A DNA stretch of 63,217 nucleotides, filler included, from Folioceros fuciformis (Eukaryota), in the NCBI GenBank assembly GCA_049999805.1. It is 20 parts of 20 records of this genome, joined end to end, with 100 filler letters (N's around TTAATTAATTAA, not from the genome) between each part and the next. Parts side by side here need not be neighbours in the genome. Positions count along the whole stretch, not along the records: positions 23,275 to 31,259 come from JBNGIO010006985.1; positions 31,360 to 37,052 come from JBNGIO010006986.1; 18 more parts are not named here. One strand, 5' to 3'. Within the stretch, counting starts at the first letter, position 1. Each line of letters begins with the position of its first letter. A program made the position numbers and the translations under genes. Shown in pieces: positions 23,277 to 34,814 of this stretch. Below the pieces are notes generated by a model. That model searched no databases and was not told where the DNA came from. It was given only the letters and a program-made list of their open reading frames with translations.

Positions 23277-24853
23277 GCCAGCACCAAATGGGTTGCTGCG
23301 CACACTTCGCTCTGCGCCGGGGCTGGATCTCCTGCGACTCGTGCTTCGCTTGCTACACCCTGCTCCAGATCGTCTCCAATGCCGGCGTTCGGCGAGGGGT
23401 TGGGCATTAGTCTGCGGTCCGCATTTCTTGGATCGGCATCGCCGAGCCGCTTCTCTACTGCGAATTGCTCATGCTCCGGCAGGAGCGGCCTCCGGGGCGT
23501 CAGATCGCAGGCAGCTGCAGTGGAAACAGCCGACTCCCCCGTGAAGGTGTGTGCGGCAGGGCGTGAATTCCTCCTCAGTCTGCAGCCTTCTGGCACTGCG
23601 ATGGATCAAGTCTGCGTTGTATCTTCCTGTAACACGACGTAGATGCAATGCAGCTGCGGCCTGGGACGTGGGTGTGGAGGAACGGTGATGACGCGCTGAA
23701 AATTCACTTCGTGGAGCACGTGAAGTCTACCGGCTACGGCCGCCCGGTTCGGGACGTGCTCTTCCTCACTACCATCTCGGATGTGAGCTACACGGGTGAG
23801 TGGGGCGCGGTTGTGAGTGATCTGGTGAGCAGGGATGGCGGGTCGTGGAGAGCGGTTGTGGTGGACTGGCCTGGGCTCGGGGATTCGGACCGGCCCCCGA
23901 TTGAGTACACTTACGACGTCATGGAGCGGTTTCTCAGGGATTTCGTTTCTGCTTCCGATGGTCCTCTGGCGTCCACGACAGCGGCAGGTTTGGAGTCTTC
24001 GGGAAATTCGGGTCTTGATGGATCTGTCATGATGTCCAGGCGCCGGATTGTCCCTTCGGCTCACATGTCTGAACGAGCAAGCGTTGGGAGCGTTAGGGTT
24101 AAAGAACACCTTGCTGTGCAGGTAAGGCTCCCGTCATTATTGGGGCTGGCCATGGAGCGAGCATAGCAGTCAAGGCTGTAAGCAATGGTGTCATCAAGGC
24201 TAGTGCTGTGGCCGCAGTGGCTCCAACCTGGGCCGGCCCTCTTCCCATCGTGTTTGGCCGAGACTCCACCATGGAAGGGAGGTGCGTGCTGCCATCCATC
24301 CCCATTCCCTTGTTCAGGGTTTCGTTGGCTGCGAATGGATGCCACCAAGATGTCAGCAGGTCTCATGCTGTTGGCTGCTGTTTGCCTGCGCAGATACGGG
24401 GCTCTGAGGGGAACAATTCGGTCTCCCGGGGTTGGCTGGGCCATGTACAGGTATGTGCTGAGCAGCAGGAAGAACATCAAGCTGCAATATTTGACTCACG
24501 TGTATGCCGAGGCAGACAACGTGTCTCCTGCAGTCATCGACAAGGGTGTGCAGTTAACACAGAAGGACGGTGCTCGGTATGCGCCAGCGTCGTTCTTGAC
24601 TGGTCAGCTGGATCCCACGCGGACCAGGGAGGAGTTCATCTCACTGTTTGCTGAGCTAGACGGCAAGGTGCCGACGCTGGTTCTGTCCTCAAGGAAGAGT
24701 CCTCGCAGGTCCAAAGCTGAGATGGAGGCTTTGCAAGGGGTAAAAGGGGTTACCAAGTATGTGGAAATACCAGGTGCGCTTCTGCCTCAAGAGGAGTATC
24801 CCAAAGAAGTTGCGGACGAACTCTTCACGTTCCTGTCCGACCTGTCGCGATGA
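23277..24853 (+). CDS. Plastid-targeted alpha/beta-hydrolase-fold protein; exons 23277-23546, 23654-23987, 24122-24281, 24394-24853; start codon probably lost in the gap
   Basis: Ser/Ala/Arg-rich transit-like N-terminus, VDWPGLGDSDRP, APTWAGPLPIVFG, RYAPASFLTG.LDP, GALLPQEEYP. All four exons join in phase through GT-AG introns. Confidence 0.85.
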
Positions 24854-25399
24854 GCAGAACTATTTTCTTAGTTTTTGCTCTGAAACTTGAAACGGGGCCT
24901 TACCCTTTGTAAGCGAGAAACAGCAGGTTGTTTGTCCAGGAGAGCTTGATCACAGAGTTCCTGGGGTACCCTGTACCCTTGCACGCTTGTGGCCATGGAC
25001 CTGGAGAGTCTCCAACACGGTTGTATATGGTAGCAGGCCTGAACTGTGAGCGAACTGGAGGAAGGAAGCCTACTGATCAACTATATGACCGAAGGGTCCC
25101 TCGTCAGGGCTTACTTTGCTTTGCCATGCCTGTAGCGGACGAGACAGTCATAAGCGTGTGATCTATGCACTACCATCATGCTTGTACTTTACAGGTACAC
25201 TGAAGAACAATCATTCAGCAGCAAATCACATTTTGCGGGCTGTGAATCTGCCGTGCTGCATCTTCTGTAACTCCTCTCCTTAGGGGAACCAGCTTGGCCT
25301 TGCGGGGCTCTATGCCTCGTACGCTCAGAAACTGGACACCTTGTTTGCAGTGCTTTGTTTATAAACCAGATTGTACATAAATCAAGCGGTCCAAAAGAA

Positions 25400-27700
25400 T
25401 CAACTACATCGTGTAACTATTGCCTCCAACTTCTCCACGGATGCATACAAATGACCTAAATCCATTCCTACCTCCGGATCACCGCTTCCCAAACCTCTGA
25501 ACCACCAGACGTCTTGGTTAGTGCGGGAACTTCCTGACACAAGGTGGAACGCAGAAATGCACTGCAGGGAAGAAGCTCACCCATGCACAGCAGGGAATTG
25601 GTACTCCGCATTCCACACGATTCGAAAGTCGAAACCAGGGCACATGGGGAACAGCGTCTTACGTTGAATCTGCGATGCAGAAGAACCTCCTAGCGACGTG
25701 GTCACTTTCCACGTCCATCCCGTTACGTTGCTTTGATAATCGTGTCCGACTCCTAGCTGAAGGACACAGTCAAGCAGAATGAGACCTGGGACAAACAGTT
25801 GCCTGCGGACGATTCCAAATTGTGAGTGCATCACAGGACTTGCACACCTGCAAATTGAAGAGAGGGCCAACAGGAATCTTCTTAGTCAGAAATCGAATAT
25901 CATGCTGCTTAGGTTCGCAGATGATCTTCCACATCCTGTCATCTCCTAGTGGTTTGAGCACCAGCTTGGTATTGCATCCATGAGCCTGCACACCGTCGAA
26001 CTGTCCTGCCCTAGGTTAGTTCCATCCACAAGAAAGGTCCTCATGCTGTCTAGCCTACAAGGTACACCTCGGCCGACAGCTGTGACGTGTGAAGGGGACT
26101 TGCATTTGGAACCCATCGTGATCTAGGACGGTTGGGACCGGAGCCAGGGCCGTGCTCCACGGAAGGGAAAGGGCACAGAAGACAAGTAGCATTTGACAAC
26201 GATGTACAGGTTTCTTAGATTACACCATTTCACATAAGTACTAGGTTCTTAGAGATCAAATTGACCTGGTAGCCAAAGAGAGAAACTTGATGTGGCGAGC
26301 TGGTACCGTCAGAAATGCCTGATTTTTCGAAACGTTGGATCTGCAGAATACCCAGTTCATTAGGATAAACACACAACTGCAAGTTCGTTCCACTAATCCG
26401 GACCTCCATGTCAGTGACTCTCAGAAGGGTGTCTCATTCTGCTGGCATTCTCGACATCGATGAAGACTAGTAGCTTTATCTGCTGTGCTGACAAGTGTAG
26501 ACGACATCAGAACGGAACAAGAAAGCAGGCAAGCAAGAAATGCGACGAGCTAAACAAGGTGGGCCTACTGGCTTGCTCGACAGGTCGTCATGGTCATCTC
26601 TCCCTCAGTCATGCAGAGGGCTATTTTTTGTTTGTGGCACACTTGAAAAGAAGATGCTAAGGACAGTTAATGATGCTATTTATGAGGCCATGCCCAGATC
26701 ACACTGTCAGGAAAGCCAAAGATGAGTTGACCAACAGCCAGAAAAAGAGAGTCACCTCGAAATTGGCTGCCACTTGGTAGCCATTTAGTTGCTGTCTGAA
26801 CTTGACGTAGAACTCCTTCGGGGTCCAATCTATGCTATAAAAATCCGCCAGAGATGTACTCTCGTCACCGTCGGATGGCGACGATTCAAGCGAGGGCTTC
26901 GAATTCACTGACGCGGGGGACACAAGTTGTTGTTGCTGTTGGGCGGGCTGCTTCACTGGACCGCACTGATGGGCATGCTGAGAGTCGGCGGTATGATAAA
27001 TCTGAGGCTGCAATGGCACTGGAGCAGGATAACAAGGAGCAGCAGGCACGTTGCTGCTGGCGGCATCTTCCACCTGCATCAAAAGGGCGGGCGGGGAGCA
27101 GCCAAGGCAGAAGAAATGCGTGAGCAAATCTTCTTCAGCCCAATCCAACATAACAGAAGCAGCAGATACAGCAGGAGCAGAAGGGGAAGCTTCCAACCAA
27201 CCTGCCGCACCGGTAAGGGCGAGTGCTGCGGCAAGGAGCCCCTGCCCACTTTCCGGTGGGAACGAGCAGTCTGCGTCTGCGCAGCCTGCTGCACCCGCTG
27301 CTTCAGCACGTTGTACAGATGCACCACAGTGCCTCTGGCACCCTCAGCGCTGCTAGTGTTGTTGCGCTGCCTGCACAGCACCTCATCAGCATCAGCTCCG
27401 TGCATCCTGCTGTGCCTCCACAACATGCTGGAGCGGAGCAGCCCACAATTGTGCGCCTCCAACATGAGCTTCCACTGTTCCATCCACCCAACTCAAAACT
27501 GAAGCAGCCCAGGAGCCAAATCCAGAGCCGGAGCCCGCGCTCTCACATGCAAATCGTGGCATTGGTATACCACCCTGGCACTTGCAAACTGCCGCACTGC
27601 TGCTCCATCTACTTCACGGACCAGTTCCCTCGATCAACCGCCCTTGGCAAATCTGTCTATCCGCCTTCCGCCAGTGCCCATACCTTGCCTTGCAACGCAT
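25400..27700 (-). CDS. Uncharacterised protein (~309 aa) with a beta-strand-rich C-terminal domain; exons 27700-27684, 27370-27202, 27073-26756, 26000-25848, 25756-25581, 25496-25400
   Basis: Manual GT-AG model with consistent phases giving ...KEFYVKFRQQLNGYQVAANFE-FDG...TKLVLKPL...WKIICEP...KKIPVGPLFNLQ-LGVGHDY...GWTWKVTTSLGG...FDFRIVWNAEYQFP...LYASVEKLEAIVT. The 5' exons are less certain than the 3' exons. Confidence 0.6.
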
Positions 27701-28077
27701 CCTCCGGCGTCACCTCATCGGCACTGTAGCCACGTTCTGGAGACAATCAGGCAGAAAACCGTTTCAAGACAATCCGCCTCCTCTCTCCTGATGCTCAGAG
27801 CGCGGAACCGGACTCGTCCTTCTTTTATCCGCTCCCTGCCCCCTGTCAGCTTTATAGCGTTTCCGGAGAGAGACGCTGCGATATTTTTGAAATTCGGCTG
27901 GCTTTGAATTCATCATCTTCCGCCGCCCTTTTCTCGGATCTTCTTGCCCTCTTCTGAAGATTCAAATTCTTGTGTCTTGCCTTCTCTCATCGGCAGCTAC
28001 CCATTGTCCCTGTCCTGGAGCGGAGTCTCGATTAGCCCTCGCACTGTTTGTAAGTTGTGAGGCCCACTGAGCCCAAG

Positions 28078-29776
28078 ATGCCATTCTGTACAGGAGCGGG
28101 GGGTTTGAATTGCCCTTCCCCTTGGAGCTTGGCAAGTTTGCAGACTGAGCCGCTCCCACCAAGGGGAAGGCAGGTGACGGGCCATGTTCCTGTTCCTGTT
28201 GCCCGGTTCGTGGGCTCAATCCATGTAGCAGGGATGCTGCAGCAGCAACGACCATTGGTCTCGATGTGGAGGGCAGGAGATGAGGCGGGAAAGAGAGGGT
28301 TGGACAGTATCATAGGGGCGGCTAAGGAGAAGGGGAAGGAGAAGGAGAAAGGAAGGCTGGCATCGGCAGCAGGGCTGATAATGGGGACGGCGGTAGGGCC
28401 TGGCATTCTGGGGCTTCCTGCTGCAACACTCCAGTCAGGGCTGGTGCCATCCACGGTCATCATTCTGGGTGCGTGGGCGTACGTGATGGCATCCATCCTG
28501 CTGGTGGCGGAGCTGAGCTATGCAGTGATGGAGGAGACTGGGGGCAGCGAGGTGAGCTTTGCAGGCAAGTCCTGAGGAGCTGGGTGTAGACGGAGATACT
28601 GCATCATCTCTGATTCTGGAGGCCGCGCGCTGAAATGAGCTTGAGTGGTCATGGCCCGCAGGGTTGGCAGAGAGGACGCTGGGCAAAGCAGGAGCGGTGC
28701 TAGTATCGGCGGTGTACGCCGTACTCAACTATGCTCTGTTGGTGGCGTGCATAGCAGGGTTGGGATCCCTGCTGTCCACCTGGTTCAAGAGGGTGCCGTG
28801 GGCAGTGATGTGCCTGCTGAGCCCCGGGGTGGTTGCAGCCAGTGTGGGCCTGGGATCCTTCGCGGCTGTAGACCTGCTCAACAGGCTGCTCTGCGTGCTC
28901 ATGCTGGCCTCCATCACGTCCCTCGTTGCAGTGGGAATCTGGGCGGGGCATCACCTGCTTCCCGCAGCCCTGCGTTGGGGGCTGTGGACGCCAGAGGCCA
29001 TGCTGCTCGCTGCACCCGTCACAGTGCTCACCCTTGGCTTTCATGTGATCACGCCGCTGGTGTGCAAGGTGGTCGGAGGCAGGCCACAAGATGCTCGTAC
29101 AGCCATTCTGTGCGGGGGAGCAGTACCTCTAGCCATGGTGCTGGCATGGAACACAGTCATCCACATCCTCTCTGCCCATGCTCCAACCACTTCCAAGCTG
29201 GACCCCATCGCCTTGCTTCTCTCCGTGAGCTCCTCTGCAGCTCCTGTAGTTCAGGCCTTTGCTTTCTCCGCCCTGGGAACAACTCTCATCGGATACGCCC
29301 TCAGCTTTCCCAAACAGCTTACAGATACGGCCTCCCTCCTCTACCACTTAGCCGTGGGAGCCAGTCCCTCATCCTCATCTTCCCCCACCGGGATCTCATC
29401 TCCCCGGACTCTGTCTCTGGCAAGCCTGGCGCTGGCCTTGGCTCCCCCAGCCTCTGTGGCTGTCCTCTGCCCCACGGCCTTCCAAGCTGCTCTCACGTTT
29501 GCAGGGGTGTATGCCAACTGCTTTCTCTTTGGGCTTCTCCCTCCCGTCATGGCCTGGCGTCATCGCTACCACCAAAGGTGAGTGGGCATTGTTCTCTCTT
29601 CGTCCCTGTCCTGCGCCTTGTTTCGTTTTGCTTCTAGCCTTTCATGCCATGTGGGCCATGTCGTCTCTGTCAGGAAGGAGGAGCAGCAAGAAGGCGCATT
29701 GGTGCCAGGGGGAAGGTGGCCACTGCTGGTCCTGACTGCAGTTGCCCTCTTCCTGGGATCCAGGCCTGTGGGCTAG
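28078..29776 (+). CDS. Tryptophan/tyrosine permease (TyrP-like, HAAAP family); exons 28078-28564, 28662-29577, 29674-29776
   Basis: LIMGTAVGPGILGLPAAT, LLVAELS, NYALLVAC, LTLGFHVITP, GGAVPL.MVL.WN, FAFSALGTTLIGY, VPGG near the C-terminus; multiple TM segments. The true start codon is uncertain. Confidence 0.88.
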
Positions 29777-30347
29777 TTCGGTGGAAACAAGTTCGTACTG
29801 AGTCTCAAGTCCGGCAGCAGATTCACGAGCTGATGACCGTAAGGCAGGCAGGCAGCCTTCAGAATCGAATTTTGTGCTCTCCGAAGTGGACAGCTGCTAC
29901 AAGCTAGACACACGTAGGTGCTGTCAGGCAGATGCGTCTTGCTTCCGTGGAGAGCGCTCTGGAGACTTCTGCAGCCGCAGCTCGTATTTTAGCCAGCAAA
30001 ACCGGTGGCCCATAACCATCCCAACAGCAGATGGATAACGGATAACCGACTGGTGGTAGACGTTGAAGGGTTGCATCTGGGAAGAACCTCTGCCGCCTGT
30101 CAAGTCGGTTGTACCGCGACACGAATACATCAGGACCGGAATCGGTGCCCTGTGAGAAGACAAACGAATGAAGGAGAAGGATGGGAACCTCGAAATTGTA
30201 TCGGAATTAAATAACAGGTATAACACAAGTTGCAATTAGTCACATTGGTCCATACGCTTCGATCTGAACATCCTTTATGACAAAATACACGCAAAATGGC
30301 ACACAGCAATGGTCGTAAAACCAAGCAACCAGGTAGCCACCCAGCCT

Positions 30348-31259
30348 TTACTTACGCAACCAACTGGAAGCTCTTGACAGCTTCATGGCAACATCAGAAT
30401 TGTATGCTTTCCGACACCCAGGGCACCTCCCATCTTCTGAAGCAATCCTGTGGTGGCAGAAGAGGCAAAGCCGAAATCCACACGAGCAGGGTACGAACGA
30501 AGAATCCGTTATGTCCAATTCCTCCGTGCAGATCGGGCAATATGTGGGGGTGGCCGGAGGTCCTCCCCACATACTGCCATGAACAGGATCCCAAACACCT
30601 TGGGCTGACTGTACCGGGTAACTGTGCTGGGTCGTGAGCCGGGGCAAGGTAGGCGGGCGAGAAACATCATCCGGCCGCCAGGCGCGACCGCCATTGCCCC
30701 TCATCCTTCCTCCGAATCCATTGGCTTTGTATTTGTACTCCGGCTTCAACACAACACCATGCTGCACCCCAGAAGCCGAAAACCCACTCGACTTCTTGTC
30801 CATAGTATCCTTCCCACCGTGATGCAAGGAGTCTCCCAAATACCCTTTTCCCTTGCCCTCCCCGCTATTCCGATGCATGCATAATGCATCCGCAGCAGTC
30901 TCCCAGTCATCCTCAGGATCGTCTTCCGCATCATGCTGGTCGTCGTTATCCTCCTCGTAGCTACTACTGGACGTGGAGCTCCTGCTAGAGCGGGAAGTGC
31001 TAGCATCGCTGCTGGACCACACCGCACCATCGCCTTTCAACTCTCCGGTGCCACCACCAGCACCACCATCCTCGTCCGCATCCGCCGAGGACCGGTCCAC
31101 AGAGCGGGACCGGTGCCCCGACCCGGCTCCTTTCTTCACGGCATCACCACTCTGCCCCGCCGAAACATCCCCCTGCTCCTCCCCGGCGGCAGGCCTCCCT
31201 CCCGCCTTCCTCTCCGCACCCGAAGGCCCGGCAGCGCCGGCCTCCTCCCCGACCTGATT
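30348..31259 (-). CDS. C-terminal C4C4 RING (NOT4-like) protein, 5'-truncated
   Basis: DDWETAADAL, RAWRPDD.SRP.TLP.L and CPICTEELDITDSSFVPCSCGFRLCLFCHHRI..EDGRCPGCRK.Y. Confidence 0.88.
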   Translation of the reverse strand, partial: NQVGEEAGAAGPSGAERKAGGRPAAGEEQGDVSAGQSGDAVKKGAGSGHRSRSVDRSSADADEDGGAGGGTGELKGDGAVWSSSDASTSRSSRSSTSSSSYEEDNDDQHDAEDDPEDDWETAADALCMHRNSGEGKGKGYLGDSLHHGGKDTMDKKSSGFSASGVQHGVVLKPEYKYKANGFGGRMRGNGGRAWRPDDVSRPPTLPRLTTQHSYPVQSAQGVWDPVHGSMWGGPPATPTYCPICTEELDITDSSFVPCSCGFRLCLFCHHRIASEDGRCPGCRKAYNSDVAMKLSRASSWLRK

Positions 31260-31740
31260 NNNNNNNNNNNNNNNNNNNNNNNNNNNNNNNNNNNNNNNNN
31301 NNNTTAATTAATTAANNNNNNNNNNNNNNNNNNNNNNNNNNNNNNNNNNNNNNNNNNNNAGCTCGACGTCATCAAAAGTGTATGTACGTCGGAGACGTAA
31401 CTGTATCACCAGATGTTTTGGGTACAATTTTCGCTCTGATGGGTCTTCGTCTTTGTTTCATCTTGGACTGGCCCGCGATAGAGTACTTTTGGTTTCCATA
31501 GAAACATGATTTTAAAGTTTGAGCACCCTGTGAACGTTTTGGACGTCTCAAGATAAGTGTTGAAACGTCCTGGACGTACCTAATCACGGTTCTACTAATA
31601 ACAAACTCGAAGATAGCCCACGATGATGACAACTGCTCTGGAACTGATTTGTGTGCTCGTTCACATAATTTGAATGTATTCAGCATACACATTCACTGAT
31701 TACAAATTGCAGTCCTAAATCACGTAGACAGAACCGCTGA

Positions 31741-34626
31741 TCACCTTGATTGAGGTTCAACTTGCTTCTGTCTTTGCCGCTCACCGGATCTAGATGGCCC
31801 CGGGTTAGAATTGTCCGCCTTATCTTCACGCCCGTATCGCCAAGGGAAAGTCCTCCGGAGGAACGCATTGATGTCAAGTTCCTCTACTGCCGAAGAATCC
31901 CCGGAAACAGGCTCCGTCGAAGTCAACTTTCCATCATCTCCATCCCCCTTGCTGAACACATCCAAACTCAGCAGCCCTTTCAACTTGTCAAGCGCAGGAG
32001 CTAACAAGTTCGCAAGGCTATCAACATTCCAAGAGATGCCCTCCACCACTTCTGTTCTCTGCACCAACCAAAGAGTAATACAAGGTTAGAACTGAGCAGC
32101 TTGTGACTGAACCAATCTTCAGCTTCAACCCTTGCTTCCAGTGTCACCAGTCGTACAATACACACCTGTTGCAGGCAAAGGTTCCGTAGCTCATCTGCTC
32201 GAACAAAATTTTCTTGTCGCTCTTCCATTGCAGCCCACGACATCCACGCTGGAACATTCTGAGAGTCCACTTTCAAAGCACATTTGAACAACTCACGTGC
32301 CACACCATAATTACCTTCTTTCTCCTCCATCACACCCCATGCCTACAAGTTGAAAGAACCTTGTTATGACAAAGGAAAGAATTTTTTTTGTCAGCAACAG
32401 GCAAACAACAAGGCGACGATCCGAGCTACCAACCTGGTAGGCCCGAACAGCATCCATGCTCCTTGAATCTATCAAAATTGCTCTTTTAAAGAGCTCTCTG
32501 GCTGCATCAATATTGCCCTCTCTTCCTTCCATCCAACCCCATGCCTGCAACGATCCAAGGATATCCGAGTTACATATGAGCACAAATGTAAACAGGCAAT
32601 GACATGAGCTAAAGACTGCATAGGAGCTGGGTGTACTGACCACCCAAATCGGTTGATGTCTGGAATCCAGGAAAACGGCCTGTTGGAACAGGTCGGCAGA
32701 AATACTAGGGTTGGAACAGCACTTGTACTCAAAGAGAGCCCACGCTTGCAGTAGAACGTGATCCTTTGGATTCAATTCAGTGCCTCGCCTAAATAGCTCA
32801 CGAGCTCGATCTCTATTGCCCTGTTCAGCCTCAAAAATGGCCCATGTCTGCCATACGTAACGGTTCTTGGGGCTCGCCTCCAAACCTTTCTGTTCCACTT
32901 GCACAACGTAGTCGTCAGCTGCTAAAGTGAGACTCAAGTCTGGAGGCACATGCACAGAGCAACTTCCATTGGTCACCGGAGCTAGCAAAAGACTGATAAC
33001 CGCAAGCAGGGCTGGGCACCTGAAATAAGCGACGAGCAGAACTAGGCCTACCAAGGTCTGACTCCATTGTGGCCCAGGCCTGTCACACAAAAAAACATCC
33101 CAGGAGTTTCGTAACGATATAGCGATCTACCATTGCGCTCATTATACCGACCCTGAAAGTGATACAGAAATCCTTACCACCCAGCTGGCTGCACTCTTCG
33201 GGTTCACTTGTGTGGCTTTCCTAAAATTGGCCCTCGCACTGTCAGGATTCTTGGCGCGGAGATCAAGCAAAGCCAGAGTTTGGTGGATGTACTCGTTTGG
33301 CTGGCAAAGTCTCAATCCCCTGTTCAGCAAAGCTACTGCCCTATTTGTGTTCCCCTCACGAAGCTCCAACAAAGCCCAGCCATGCCAGGCAGCTGCATGC
33401 TTCTTATCTGCCACGGTTGCAGCATCAAAAAGCTGTCGGGCTTTCGAGGTCTGTTCCAGCTTGTCTTCCAGACAAGCCCACGCCTTTCAACACAGCACAT
33501 CCCAAACCCAGTTCAGAAAATCCGGTTGCCACACGACCTGATATCCAGAAACAAACTCAGACAGCTACAAAAAATTCACACCTCACCTGCCAAATGTAAG
33601 GATTTTCACCAGCCACGGCCTGACAGCCACTCTCGTAGACCGCCCTAGCCTCCAGCAGCTTACGCTGTAGAACCAGCGTTTTTCCTAACGACACATACGC
33701 TCGACCATCGCCGGGCCAATCCTTAATACACTGGCAGCTAGAAGCACGACACCCTGTCAAGAGACGAAGAGCACATCTCCAATGCTCCACTTCATGAAGA
33801 AGAAGGAGGCAGAAACATAGAGCTGCCACGCTCAGGTGCTTACCTTCCGGAGAACTGCCTCCGCTTCTGCATACATTTCTCTCCTCCTTAAACACTTGGC
33901 CTCATACAGCTTCAAATCCAGATTGATTGGCAGCGACTCGTACTCCACCGGCGACGTCTCCGCTTGCTCACCAGAATCTCTGAAAACCGGAGCCATGACA
34001 ACCTCCTCCTCAAAATCCTCATCATCCACATACAAAAATCCCTGAGGATTCCCTCCATCAAGGGGAGCTGCAATCGCTTCAAGCTTGCTCTCCGCATCAT
34101 TCCCTTGTATCTCCCTCAGAAACTGGATGCTCTCCTCAGGAGTGACGGCCACGGACTTGGATGGCACCGCATCGTACCGAGTCCAACGCCATTTGGCCAC
34201 ATCTTGCACATCCAACTTGCGCGGAGCTCTCTCTGTCTTGCTGGGAATTACATTCAACCCGCTCCACCTTTTCCTATCCTTTCCTTCTCCGTCCTCGGAA
34301 CTGGAGCTGGAGATGGAGCTGGCATTCTCCTGATCATCAGACCGCTCCGCTCGCTTGTCGGCATCCTCCGCCAGCCACAGCAAGATCTCCTGCTCGTCTC
34401 CCCGAGAATTTGAGGTCGATCCAGGACCAGCATCCGCCATCGCCAGCGGGCCAGTCCAGGACCGGGCGGAGAGCCAGGCGCAGCGGGGGAGGCATGGCAA
34501 CGCTGTTCTGCTGGATCCCAGGACCGTGAGCGCCGTCCGGTCCGAGGCCAGCCCGCTGCACCTCGGAGCGTTGAGGTTTGGCTGCAGCGATGGCAGGGAT
34601 GGACGGGCCACGCAGGTGCTCGCCAT
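31741..34626 (-). CDS. HCF107: Plastid HAT/TPR-repeat RNA-binding protein HCF107, multi-exon
   Basis: Transit-like MASTCVARP; INLDLKLYEAK; WPGDGRAYVSLGK; YESGCQA..GENPYIWQ; DAATVADKKHAAAWHGW; SPKNRY.WQ.W; WGWME.REGN; RADELRNL..QQ|RTEVV. Short GT-AG introns. Confidence 0.9.
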
Positions 34627-34814
34627 CGTCACTTGCCTGCGCCTCCGCAGCCAGATATCTTCACACTGTATCTGCATTACAAGGCCATGTCCTACGCCTA
34701 CCTTATAATTCCCCACATGCCAACCGGCGAGAGGCTGCGGGCTGTGGCAGGTGTAGCCCTGTGGGTGGCTTCGGCCTTGGACAAGGGTGCAAGAAGCCAG
34801 GCCCTGGCTGGGGG

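Noticed and set aside
26680..26703. Short terminal exon (CDLGMAS*) that would make 26680-27700 a separate orphan gene
   Set aside because: It needs a 52-nt intron, and splicing to the exons at 26000-25400 gives a more coherent protein. It could at most be a minor isoform.
28645..29637. 330-aa ORF overlapping the transporter in another frame
   Set aside because: Off-frame by-product of GC-rich coding sequence; low-information composition.
28078..29776. Bacterial-like TyrP permease as a recent horizontal transfer
   Set aside because: It has spliceosomal introns, an N-terminal extension and plant neighbours, and the family is already known in plants.
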